DNA of 64,000 nt from Camelus dromedarius (taxonomy: Eukaryota), in NCBI RefSeq assembly GCF_036321535.1, contig NC_087437.1:44208001-44272000 (forward strand). The letters are read 5' to 3'. Below the pieces are notes generated by a model. It was not told the DNA's origin and searched no databases. It was given only the letters and a program-made list of their open reading frames with translations. The translations under genes and the position numbers were made by a program. Position 1 is the stretch's first letter; each line of letters starts with the position of its first letter. Below are positions 27,396-39,303 of the stretch, piece after piece.

Positions 27396-28320
27396 TGTGT
27401 AGGGAAAAAAAACAAAAACAAATACAATCTTCCTCCTGTGTTTCTCTTTTACTCTGACACTACCACCACACTCACAACATTTCTGACACTTGATGTGTGG
27501 GGATTTTCCCCCACAACACGCAATTCTCTGTGACACCAGCTGGGTGTCCTACAATGTAACTCAATTCTGACCCAGTCTGCCTGGAGATAGCATCAGATCT
27601 CCCTGGTTAAGAGCTCACTCTAATGAGACCATCCCCTACTCCCCTGCTTTAGATGCCAATCCCAAGTCCAGGTTATCACCTGTGTGTTCCCATGGAACCC
27701 CCCCCCCCCTTCTCGGGTTTGATTAATTTGCTAGAGCAGCTCACAGAACTCAGGAAAACACTTTTCTTACTGTTTACCAGTTTATTGTAAAAGGATATGA
27801 AAAAGGATACAGCTAAACATCCAGATGGAGAACATGGGTAGGGCAAGGCACGTGGGAAAAGGCCCAGAGCATCCCTGCCCTCTCTGGGGTGTGCCAGCAC
27901 CCTCATGTGTTCACCAACCCCAGAGCTCTCCAAACCCCATAGTCGTGGGATTTTTATGGGGGCATGATCAGTTAACTCCATTTCCAGCCCCTCTTTCATC
28001 CCTGGAGAACGGGGCAGAGCTGGAAATTCCAGGCTCCTACTCAGTGCTTGGTCTTTCCGATGACCAGCCTCTATCCATAAGCCATTAAGGAGCCCACTAG
28101 GAGTTCCCTCACAGAGCAAAAATGACTGCTCTTAACCAGGAAATTCCAAGAAATTTAGAAACTCTGTGTCAGGAACCAAATACTGGAACAAAAGATGCTC
28201 CTAGTGCTCTTAGCACTTAGGAAATTACAAGGAGTTTTAGGAGCTCTGTGACGGAAACAGGAGCAGACACACACACACACACACACACAAACACATATTT
28301 TTTCCTATCATCTCTCTACA
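27396..28320 (-). mobile_element. MER21-family LTR
   Basis: 'gacaccagctgggtgtcctacaat..caattctgac..cctggagatagcatcagatc' and 'ttttaggagctctgtg'; (CA)n run at about 28267-28295 near the end. Confidence 0.8.
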
Positions 28321-29019
28321 CATTTTGGTTGTACTTTTATATATCAAATTTTAAACTCCTTCAAATTTTATATATGAAATCTTTTAAAATATGTGAACAT
28401 TTATGCACTTACTAAGTCTGAATAAGATAAATCTGTTCTTTATGCTGTAACCAAGATAATGAGTTAACAACATCAATATGTAAAATGAGAATGCAATTTT
28501 CTTTAATATAAAATTTATACTCCATAAAAAATTATAGTATATAGTTTGGAAAAAATTCAAGAAAGGCCAAAAAGTGGAGTATAAATCAATCACAAGTGTT
28601 TGTAACAAGAATAGAATTTCTAAAAAATGACTTTTTCTTTAATTATAAAAGTAACATATGCTCATTAAAGGAACTTTGAAAATAGTAAACATATAAGAAA
28701 TAAATAATCCCATCAGCTAGTTTAACCAGTATTAACATTTGCATATATTCATATATATGAATATATATATTTATAATCCATAATCTTTCTTGGTATAGTT
28801 GTCCAATTTTCTTTCTAAATTATTTATATTCACTTATTTTTATATTCATGTATATTCCTTATGCTATCCACACACTGTATTTGCGTGTGTGTCTGTGCAT
28901 ACTTCTTAGTATAATTTATGTTGGGGAGGAGTTGGGAGTAGACAGAAGAAACATAGGCAAATAAGAAAGAGCTCAATAGGACTGACTAGACTTCAACTTA
29001 AAAAAAAAGAGCTCAGTAG

Positions 29020-29200
29020 GGTTTGGAACACAGGTGAACCCTTAACAGATCTGTCACCTTTATCAAGTTATTTAACCTTTTTCTGCTTCAGTTTCTTCAT
29101 CTGTAAACTAGTGTGGTTGTAAACAGTAGATGAAATGGTAAATCTGAAGAATGCAGCTCCATGCCTGGCACATCTAATGTAATCATTTAAAGTCGTAATG
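29020..29200 (+). mobile_element. MIR SINE
   Basis: 'caagttatttaacctt..ctgcttcagtttcttcatctgtaaa...tgcctggcaca'. Confidence 0.7.
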
Positions 29201-30469
29201 TTTTTTATTACTGACTGCAATGGAATGATGGATGTCACACTCAAATCATCCTCTTTTAAGAAACAGGATGCAAAACTTTGCATTAAAGACAACTTTAAAT
29301 GAGATTATTTAACAGGAACTTCTTTTGTAAATATGCCGGCTTACGTATAAAAAAGAGAAAATAATTTATAAAATTATTAAAAATGATTACTTTTTTCCAA
29401 GACTCAGGTTTTGGGCCTTAGCAATTTTTTTTCCCTCTCAATGGAGGAGAAGTAAATTATGAATCACACACACAGTTCATGAAGACTATCCCATTTAAGT
29501 GATCTCTAGAGCCTTTCCATTCTGCCTCAGAAGTGTCTTTGGGACTCTTCCCATCCCTCTTCATGGAAGGCAAAATAGCACAGTAAAATCATGGGGAGAA
29601 GATTGCTGTCCTCAAATTCTAGTGGTATGAACTTGGGGTACTTTTTCAGCTTCTTAGCTGAAGTCTCAGCCTCCTCTATAGAGTTGACAATACCCTAAAA
29701 GTTCATTAGGAAAAGTAAATTAAATAATGCAGTAAAAATAATATAGCTGCCAGTTATGGAGCACTTAATTACTGACTTGCTGGACATCCCAAACATGGGT
29801 GATGGTCTGAATCACTGTTCAGCTGACAGTAATTTTTCATACATATATGAAGTTATCTTTAATGCAAAGTTTTATATAAATGTATAGTCGTAGACTTAGG
29901 GTAGAAAAATCTGAGATCTGAGGTCAGGGAATGAGAATTTGGTCTTAGAACAGAAGGGAAAGGAGTAATTGTAAAGAAACTGCTGTGGTTGACAAATTCT
30001 GTGCAGGATGCTTTTCCAAAGCAACTTCTAGAGGAGTGAATTTCAGCTTGATTTAAGACCATGAGACCCTCTTTTTAGGTGAAGTCGTTTATTTAGCTAC
30101 AATATATAAAATAAAAGCCTCTGACCTGCCCCAGCTGTCCTCCCTACCCTCCCTCATCCTGTGTGAGAATGAAACCTCAGGGGATCTGTAGAACTTAGTT
30201 GAAAAACACTCTCCCAGGATAATCCAGTTTTATTTGGAACATAGTCACCACCTATATAACCAGGAGTGATAGTCAAAATGTTTAACCATGAACAGGGCAT
30301 GAACACCTATTACTCAGAATACTGTCAGTTGTAAATGTCTTGTAAAACTCTACCAGTGCATAGTGACTGAAATTCAGCCTTGCCTATTATCAAGGATTTT
30401 ACTCCTGGAATAATAAAATGATTTCATTATATATGGTCAAAACATTAGATTTCTATGAGCTATTAAGAG

Positions 30470-30750
30470 ACAAAACAAAACTTATTTGTTAATACCTGTC
30501 CAGTTTTAGTGTGTGCCAAACCTCATTTTAAGTACTTTACATGTATTAATTCACATAATCTTTACAACCATCCTGTGAGGTAGGTACGATTATTATGTCC
30601 ATTTTACAGATGAGGAAATTGAGGCATAGAGTAAACTGAAATGTAGAGAGATTGATAAACTCCACAAGGACAGACAAGTCAGTGGAGGCGTCAGAATTTA
30701 AACAAGGAAGTTTGCTTTAGAATTTGGGCTCTTAACACTATTCTATGCTG
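30470..30750 (-). mobile_element. MIR SINE (near full length)
   Basis: 'cctgtgaggtaggtacgattatt..ccattttacagatgaggaaattgaggcatagag'. Confidence 0.85.
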
Positions 30751-32148
30751 TGTTTTAACATCAAACTTGCCAGTCTGCTTATAAAATATGATGTAGCTGA
30801 ACATTTTTAAGTTGAAAATTTCCTTCCTGTCTCTTTTGCTTACATATCATTTCAAATTATTTAGTCAACTTTAATGTCAGTTTTTATTTATTTTTGGTTG
30901 AAGGACTTGAAGAGAGCCCTCCATGCTAGTTGATAAAGATCTTAGGAGAAGCAAAATTATTTGTTCAGAGTTGACTACCTTTTTCCTATAATATAGTTTT
31001 TTAAAGGAATGTTTGCTTGTTGTTAGAGATTCATAGCTAACAGAATGTCTATTGCAAAGTATAAGAAGCCATTTACTAATTGCTACTTTATTGGTATACA
31101 TGGCAATGGACAGGAGAAGATCTCTAAATTTGACTAATGCCCTGTTAATATTTATTATAAAATATATATTTTCCCAATAATAGTAAAAAGTCATTGTCAT
31201 GAACAAACTTTGGAAGGTGAACTTATTTTTCCTAATATGGCCAAGATAAAAGGCTTAAAATTTATCATTAGTATTTAAATATAATTAAACATTTAATTAT
31301 AAATTATCCTAGAATTTTATGAAACTCCATTATACTAATAATTCAGAAAAGGAACCAATTACATTTTAGAATCAAAGAGGCTTAAAGAAGAGGAGAGAAA
31401 TGATACAGTAGTTTCCCTGGAGGTACGTGTATTTGATATATTTAGTGTAGGCAAATGATTAATTTATCTTAAAAAGAAACATTAACCAGAAAATGTCTGA
31501 TGATACATAATTTCATTTTCTCTGTATTTCTGCAAGTCAGAATATAATTCACATGGATGATTGGAATTTTTTTCTTTTCTTTTATTTCTTTTTGGGTGAA
31601 AGGAGGTACAAAAGGGGGAATTGCAATTGCTCAGAAGAGATATTGCCTATTTAATGCATAAAAGAAAAAGTATGTTTTAAGACAGTTTCTAAGACATTCT
31701 TCAGAATTTCTTAGTAAATTGGTTTTGGCTCTCTTGACCTTTTCTTGTAACTCTTATTTTCTTCAAAGAATTTTTATGCCCTTCTCTTGAGTCCTCTAAA
31801 TTTTTCTTATTTGTTCAAATCTGTATATTTTTCAACTGATCACAGTATTGTAATAAAAGACTTACTAGTACCTGGTATGATTGAAATCTTGTTTTCTCCT
31901 ATTATACAAGCATTTTTTCAATAATATAATATAAATATATCAGGTACCTAATGACATAGCAATCTATTTTAGCCAATTTAAATATATTTCTTACCTAAAA
32001 AATAAAGAAAATATTTCTTACCTAAAAAAAGAAGAAAATAAGTGAAATTTAATGGATAAGAATGATATAGACTAAATCATGCCACAAAAAATGCTTATTC
32101 TACTATTGAATTGGAACATTTCCTAGCATTTGGGATTCTATAAACCTT

Positions 32149-32509
32149 TTCTTTAAATTGAAGTATAGCCAGTTTACAGTGTGTCCATTTCTGGGGTACA
32201 GTGTAATGTTCCGGTCCTGCATATACATTCATATATTTGTTTTCATACTCTTTTTCACCATAAATTACTATAAGATATTGAATATAGTTCCATGTGCTAT
32301 ACAGTATAAACTTGTTTCTTTATCTAATTTATATATAGTAGTGAGTATCTGCAAATCTCAAATTGCCCCCCTTTCTCCCTGAGAAACATAAGTTTGTTTT
32401 CTGTGTCTGTGAGTCTGTTTCTATTTTGTAAATAAGTTTATTTGTGTTTTTTTTTTTTTAGATGCCACATAGAAGTGGTATCATATGGTATTTTTCTTTC
32501 TCTTTCTGA
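32149..32509 (-). mobile_element. 5'-truncated L1 3' end (camelid-type)
   Basis: 'ttgaagtatagccagtttaca...gaatatagttccatgtgctatacag'; TSD tgggattctataaa(c/t)ctt at 32131-32148 and 32510-32527. Confidence 0.9.
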
Positions 32510-33454
32510 TGGGATTCTATAAATCTTAATTAAGCAATGCTCTGCCTCAAATATTCAGCAGTATCCATCATTTTGTATCTCTGATGAAAGCTTTCAGTGG
32601 GTCCCCATTACCTTCAGGATGATGGCTAAACTCTTCTCAGCCCAAGAAACCCTTGATGATTTGACTTCTTATGACCAGCTTGGCTTTATGTGTTGCCACT
32701 ATCCCACTTCCTGAGGCCTGCTTTATACTCTCTTACCTCTGAGCCCAAAGACTGGAATGTCTTTTCAACTCTTACTCATTTTAGTTGTTTCCTTCCTTTG
32801 GAGGCCACCTCTGATCTCCCAGGCCTTTCTAGCATCCCCTCATTCCAGCACACATCACTGAGCACTACAATTCCCACTTAATTACCTGCCCCTTGAGCAG
32901 ATCTGTAAAATTCTCAAGAGCAGAGGTGGTTTTGTTTTATTTGTGTTTGTATTTCCAGAACCTAACCTAATACATGCCATACTGGAGGCATTTGTTGATT
33001 GGATGCATAAATTAAAAATGATGATTCTAATAGGAACCCAAAGCACTGAGAGATCATAAAATATTTTCCAAATCAAAGAAGAAAGATAAAATTATTTTAA
33101 GTATAGTTTTAATGTGGATGTATTTCTTTAGTCTATTTATAAATGTACTAACTAACATTTAGGATAAATATGACTTTTTTGTTAATTAGAATATTTGATT
33201 AGTGAAAAAATTGCTAATTATGGTATTTAGAGTTGTCAAAATGTCTTATGTTTATAAGGACACATTTTAATGCATATTAGGCTTGTTTTTATTATAAAAA
33301 TGATTCATCCCCACTTGCTTATAGGCTTAATATATGTTATGTGTCTTACATTTTCAAATTAATTATTTGTACAGTTTTAATCACATTCCTTATATCTTCA
33401 AAATTCCATTTTTAAAAAGTTGCAGCCTTCAAGACTTAGTTTAAAATACACTGA

Positions 33455-33938
33455 TGTTGACTGAAATAAAATGCACAACCTAAAAGTTGAAAGTTGTATT
33501 TTATTCAGTGGACTTCCTGAGGACTCGAGCCTGGGACACAGCTTCTCAGATTGCTCTAAGAGACTGTCCCAAAGTTGCATGGTAGAAGCCAGGATATATA
33601 AGAGTTTTTGCAGCAACAACCAAGTAGTCAGAACGTCAAAAGATTAGTGTTAATTAAAGAAAACCAGATATCTCAAGTTAGGGAATTTAGTGCTTTTCTA
33701 TGTGCAGGAAGGTGCAAATGTCTGGGCTCATTGAAATCACTCATTTCAGTATTCAGTTCTTCCACATTTATTGGTTCCCTCAGGGTGCATGGTTGAGGGT
33801 GGCTGCAGAGGCTGGGCTGCCTGCTTGTCTGCATCCTGAGTTCACTTTTGGGGTGGGGGTGGGTCGTTGGTGGCTGATGGCTTGATGGCCACAGCATTCT
33901 TTGTTTACTGATAGGGCTGGCAATATTTTTCATTCACA
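33455..33938 (-). mobile_element. solo ERV1-like LTR, copy 2
   Basis: TG...CA termini, 4-bp TSD ctga (33451-33454, 33939-33942); same family as 5746-6231. Confidence 0.88.
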
Positions 33939-34141
33939 CTGATACTAAACTGTATTTAAAGCTGAAGATTTATTTCTATTTATTAGTGCATAAAAGATAA
34001 AAATAAAGCCCTAGGCAAAATTCTATATTAAACAAGCCTTAAATTATGACAATAACAACTTACCTTTTCTCTTTAAAAATTCAAAATGGTAAAACAGTAA
34101 CAGAATGTTATCTTGGTTTTCCCCACACTCATAGGGACTAC

Positions 34142-34550
34142 TATAGGGGAGGAAAAATTTTGTTCCTTTGACTCTCCTAGGTTTAATGACTGGAGCCTTC
34201 AAACCAAACTGATAAAAGAAATTAACAACAACAAAAAAACAGTTTAATTATGTATATGTGGGAGTTTTATAATGAAATGTGACCCTAGGAAGCAGCCAGG
34301 TGACTGAGGCTTATACAATCTCAGGCTAAACAAAGGAAAAGGGGTTGTAGGCTTCTTGAAGTGGGGAGAGGAGGTTGTAAAACGGTGAGGGGAGGAAATG
34401 CTTGGTAAATAGGGTTGTCTGTTTATACAAATTGGAGTCTCTGAGGGGGTGATTTCTCTGGGAGTAGTTCTCTCCCTGGCTTTGATATAACTTTACAAAT
34501 GGAAATTCCCTCAATATGTGAACTGTAGAGAGGAGCTTCTGGTTTTCCAA
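34142..34550 (-). mobile_element. ERV1 LTR fragment (MER34-group-like), truncated
   Basis: Start 'tataggggaggaaaaattt..ctaggt' is homologous to the LTRs at 35070 and 38752. Confidence 0.65.
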
Positions 34551-34939
34551 GGATTCTTTATTTGAGACTTGGCCACTATGAGTTAGATATGGAAACAACT
34601 ATTATACAATAAAAATATTCTTCAGTGAACTGATTACATATTTAATCCCTACTCAAAAATCCCTCCCAGTGAAACACAAATCTTTTATGTCCCCATCTAA
34701 AAAGGTCAGTCATCTAACAAGGTCAAGCCTTAGTCAATCTCCCCTATCTAATATTACATCTGACTACATTATATAATTAAATTGAAAGTGTAAAGTCTAA
34801 ACCTTGCAATAAGTGCAAGATGTTGTAAATGTGAGTAGGTACTGTTGGCAAAGTGATCAAATTACTTACAAAGCCATTGGTAAGTGGTGACCTGGCAGAG
34901 TGCACTTCCACTATGTTTGATTGTAGCTGGAATTTAATT

Positions 34940-35944
34940 TATAGAAGTGAATGACTGACCACATGGGGAGGTCAATGCCACTGAAAGACATTGTATTACT
35001 TACAGTTTCGAAGAGAAGAAGGCATGTCATGCCCTGCAGGGCCATGTGGGAAAGTACCAGGTTGGGTCATGTAGTGGAGGAAAGTTTTCTATTATCCTTC
35101 TAGGTTCTTTTGGCTGGTCTATTGGCAAAAGACAGATTAACAGGAGAAAAACAAATTAAATTACATACATACAGGAGCCCCATAAAAATATAAGACCCAA
35201 GGACAAGTCGGGTAGTTGAGGCTTGTATGCCATCCTAAACTAAGGAATGGGTTAGGGGCCTGGGGCTTCAGCAGGGATGAAGGTAATTCTCAGGACAATA
35301 TAAATAGCAGATATTTGGTAATTAAATGTTTGCCCTGACATACAGACAGGTCATTCAGGCAAAAAGTTATCTCTAGTAATAAGTCTCTCTCTGACTAGGC
35401 TCAGTATCATTCTTTTAAGTAGTTAAGGAGAGGTAAAAAGCTCTTCCTGAGTCTTTGGGGCCTTGAGTGTTTCCAGCTCAAAGCAATCCACATGCCAAAG
35501 TGCAGTATTTCAGGGATGCTTGTTCTGAACCCCTTCAGTCAGGAGGCAGACTGAGTTGACAGCATGGCCCAGATCCTCTATTGTAGTTTCAAGAGAAAGG
35601 CAAGGCAGGGCAGGGTAAATAATTGAGGATTTGTTGGTTTGAATAATTTTGGGGGCTCTGGGCCATGGGGATGGCTTCTTGTTGTCTGTTACATGGCCCT
35701 GAGGTGATGAGGGCAGGGGGACTATTGGCTTGATGTGTGACCATTAGATAAAGGAGGTGGTAGGAGGTATGGGCATTGGGTTGGTTTGTTTGCCTATGAA
35801 GGGCATGCTGGTGGGCAAGTTGTTTGCCATCTCTAGGAATTAGCTGACTCTGGTGGCTGAAGGAGGCGACAGGCTCTCCAGGATTAGCAAGGCCCCAAGA
35901 TGTCAAAGCAGCATAGAATACAGAAAATAGACATGATTATTACG
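34940..35944 (-). mobile_element. MER74-like ERVL LTR, split by a nested LTR
   Basis: 'ctctaggaattagctg...agcaaggccccaagatgtcaaagca..aatacagaaaat' is the reverse complement of the recalled MER74 5' end. Confidence 0.75.
35070..35537 (-). mobile_element. solo ERV1 LTR (MER34-group-like)
   Basis: Minus strand begins TGAAGGGGTTCAGAA..CACTTTGGCATGTGGATT..TTTGAGCTG; 4-bp TSD gtca (35066-35069, 35538-35541). Confidence 0.85.
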
Positions 35945-36258
35945 TACTGCCACGTCACATGGTCTTCACTGTTTCCCTTCCCACTCTACTCCCAACGTGT
36001 AATTTCCTGATTCTAATGCACGTCTTTATCTCTTTTTTTTTTAAGTTTTGTTTTCTCTGTGGGGATCATAAGATACGCTCATAAAAGGAATTCAAGGTAA
36101 TTGTCGGATAGGTGTTTCAAAAAAACTGCTAGGTATGTTTTTCAAAGAAATAAGAAAGGCTTTTGAAAAAAATTGATAAGCATTTTGAATATTATTGAAG
36201 AGGCTTTTTATGCTAATTATGTAAAAGTCAAGCATTCAATAAAAAAAGTCATGTGTCA

Positions 36259-36360
36259 GGTTGAGGGGTATAGCTCAGTGGTAGAACTCATGCTTGGCAT
36301 ACATGAGATCCTGAGTTCAATCCCCAATGCCTCTGTTAAGTGGAAAAAAAATTAAAGAAA
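36259..36360 (+). mobile_element. tRNA-derived SINE (Vic-1-like)
   Basis: 'ggtatagctcagtggtaga..gagttcaatcccca' with an A tail; degenerate TSD aaaagtcatgtgtca / aaaaatcatatgtca. Confidence 0.85.
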
Positions 36361-36725
36361 AAAAATCATATGTCATACTATTAAATTTTTTAAGAATTTT
36401 ATAACAACTTGATTTGCTATTTGTTCATTATACAAATTGACAAATTATAGCCTATTTTTAATATAAAATAAACTTTAGTTATATTTCAAGATAAAGTCCT
36501 ATTCAAACCATTTTCCTGGGGGTTTAGTATAAATTTTGGTGATTCTTGTAAATTAGTAACATATCACTTGACTTGGATAATCACATCCTTTATTATGTTC
36601 TTTTCCCTGCAGGGAAAAGGGAAGAAGCCAAGAAGGACTAGTTCAGTGCACCCCACTCAATACCACAATCTTATAGAAACCATTAGGTCTAGGCAGAACA
36701 TCTTTAAAAAACTGTAGATACAGAT

Positions 36726-36960
36726 CAGTGTTTCAAAAGTTTCAAATAGAGTTTTATGGTTACATAAATTTGGGTAACACTGGATTAAGCAAAGTCAATA
36801 GGCATTAAAAAAAAAACTGAAGGTCTTCTTGGAACTATTAAAATGATAATGTGCATTATGAATCTCTCAGGAGATATACAGATGTGCCCACAGAACCCTC
36901 TTTTTCTTTTGAGCATCACTTAGGTTAAGTGTGCTGCTAAATATGCTTTGGGAGACATTG
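36726..36960. mobile_element. hAT-Charlie element (MER103-like)
   Basis: 'aaatttgggtaacactgg...taatgtgcattatgaatctc...ctttgggagacattg'. Confidence 0.55.
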
Positions 36961-37796
36961 ATCTACAGAACAGAATAGGAAGAAAGTCATGTAATATCTT
37001 TGTTCTGTAGCTGGTTCACCTATCAAATCAAAAAAGAAAAATTTAGTGAATTCTCATGTTATTTTGAAGATTAAGTTATATTGTTTTGGAGAATGTGCTT
37101 TGAAACTAGATTGCAGTGTGATAAGATATATTATTGATATTGTAGCATTTATCACATCGTATTGAAGCATTTTATGTGTAAAACTTCTCTACAGTGTTAT
37201 AAATGTAAGGACAAGATTTTGTCCTCTTCAGTAATTATTTCCAATATTAAATGCAATACTTTACCCAACAGTCAGCCCTCAGATACTTAATTTTATAAAT
37301 TATGAATAGGTTAATAATATCTAGGCAGTTAAGTATCATTATAAAATAATCAAATAGAGCTAGGTTTAAATCTGTTCCCCATCACTTAACTAGCTGTGTT
37401 ACCCTGACAAGTTATTTATAAGTAGGATGCTCCACAGTGATTATGATGTGTGGAATAAATTGTGAAGATGAGCTTGAGATTAAAAAAAGCATTAGTCAAT
37501 TTGCCCTTTTGGAAATGTAATGCAAATAAATTACCAAAATATAAAAAGGTAGTTGGTCAAACACTGTATATCACTTAGTAACTGTCATGTATTATATGGT
37601 AAATTTAACTATGGAATTTTGCACAAAAATTATAACATTTCTTTGGTGCAAACAGAGATCAAATGGTAGCAAAGGACTGCCTGAGTGTTTACGTTTGAAG
37701 GCAATTTTCCAACTGTTTGAGAAATGGATTGCTAGTCTACCAAATTTGGACTGACTCTTGAACGTAGGTTACTTTAATTTTTTGTTACAAATAGAG

Positions 37797-37974
37797 CAGT
37801 ACTTCTCAAAGTATGGTTTCGGATAAGCAGCATCAGCATTACCTGAGACCTTGTTAGACATGCAAATTTTCAGGCCTCACCCTCAGATCTAATGAATCAG
37901 AAACTGTAATGATGGGGCCTAGCAATCTGTTTTAACAAGCTGGATCTGACAATGTCAAAGTTTGAAAGCCACTG
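37797..37974. mobile_element. MER5A hAT MITE
   Basis: cagt...actg terminal inverted repeats, 'gcagcatcagcattacctg..cttgttagacatgcaaatt'; 8-bp near-TSD aaatagag/acatagag. Confidence 0.85.
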
Positions 37975-38751
37975 ACATAGAGAAAGAGAAATAAAAATTA
38001 ATACCAGTTTTTATTATGAGCAATCACAAATGAGATGTTAGTTCTTAACACCTACCTGTAAGGAATTTGAGAAATTTGAACCCCAAAAAGTTGAATGCAT
38101 TCACCATAGATCAAGCACTTACAACTGAGGGGAGAAAGATTTTTCAAGAACAAAGAGAAGGCTGGTGTGCTCAGGTTCCACACCTTATTCCTCTTGAGAG
38201 TTTATAAGATGTAATATAATAGAAGAAGTTTTTCTGAAAGTCCTTATAGCCATCAACATTTGGTGAATATTTAGGAAATATTTAGAGATGTGGTTTACTG
38301 TAACTCAGCTATTTGGTGAAATGGTAGATACTTCCAGAAGGTATATACTGAGCTGCTTCCTTGGATTTCCAAAAGAAATTAGAAGTAAAAAGTGTTTTGA
38401 GAATTTCAATCCACTTAATACCAGTGGTTCATAAGATCATACTTCCTTACAGATGTGTCATGACATCTGAGCACCTTGAACTTGGAACATCAGGGGAAAA
38501 AAAAAAACAAAAAACAAAATGAAGACATTGTTGGGTATTCTGATTCAAACTGAAAATACTAATTAATCTGATGAGGATTAAAAGACATGTTTGTTGCTAA
38601 TCAGATTTGAGTCTAACAGAATCGTAGATTTTGAAGAATCAGAGCTGTGTGGTAGAAATGATGTGATGATATGATGATTGTAGAAGTGATTCACAGATGT
38701 TGGTGACTATGGATCATTCTTTAAGGGTGAGGTCTCTGGCCATCTTTGAGT

Positions 38752-39303
38752 TGTAGGGGAAGAAAAATTTTTCTCTACTCTTCTAGGTTCTTTTGTCTGG
38801 TCTGTTGATTAAATTGATGTAAAACAGATAAATAGGAGAAAGACAGATTTAATTATGTACATATGGAAGCCCTACAGGGTCGATGAGAGGCTCCCTGACA
38901 TTCAGGCAATTGAGGCTTATTGACATTCTGAGCTAAGAATAGGTGAGAGAGAGTCTGGGGCTTCAAAGGGAAGGAAGACTATTAACAGGAAGATAGGAAG
39001 AACAAATGCTTGGTGAACAAACATTCGTCATGCCCTGCAGAGACAACAGGATACAGAGACGTTGAACAAACAGGCTCTGCTGAGTTTCCCCCAGTTTACC
39101 ACACCTAGCCCATACTCTTTGTAGTTATCTGTGGTGATAGCTTTCTTCTTGGACCAGGCCTTCTTCTATCTAAATTCTTTTAGGCAGTTGAGGGGGAGGT
39201 AAAATGTTCTCCCTGAGTCTTTTGGGCTTCCATTGTCTTCAGCTCAAAATAATCCACATGCTAAAGTGACACATTTTGGGAAGGCTCCTTCTGAACCCTT
39301 TTA
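38752..39303 (-). mobile_element. solo ERV1 LTR (MER34-group-like)
   Basis: Homologous to 35070-35537; 4-bp TSD gagt (38748-38751, 39304-39307). Confidence 0.85.

Noticed and set aside
27676..28119. 147-aa ORF and overlapping opposite-strand ORF
   Set aside because: Entirely inside the MER21-like LTR
35070..39303. Possible provirus bounded by two similar LTRs
   Set aside because: Each LTR has its own separate 4-bp TSD, and the interval holds a SINE, MER5 and unique DNA, not gag/pol/env
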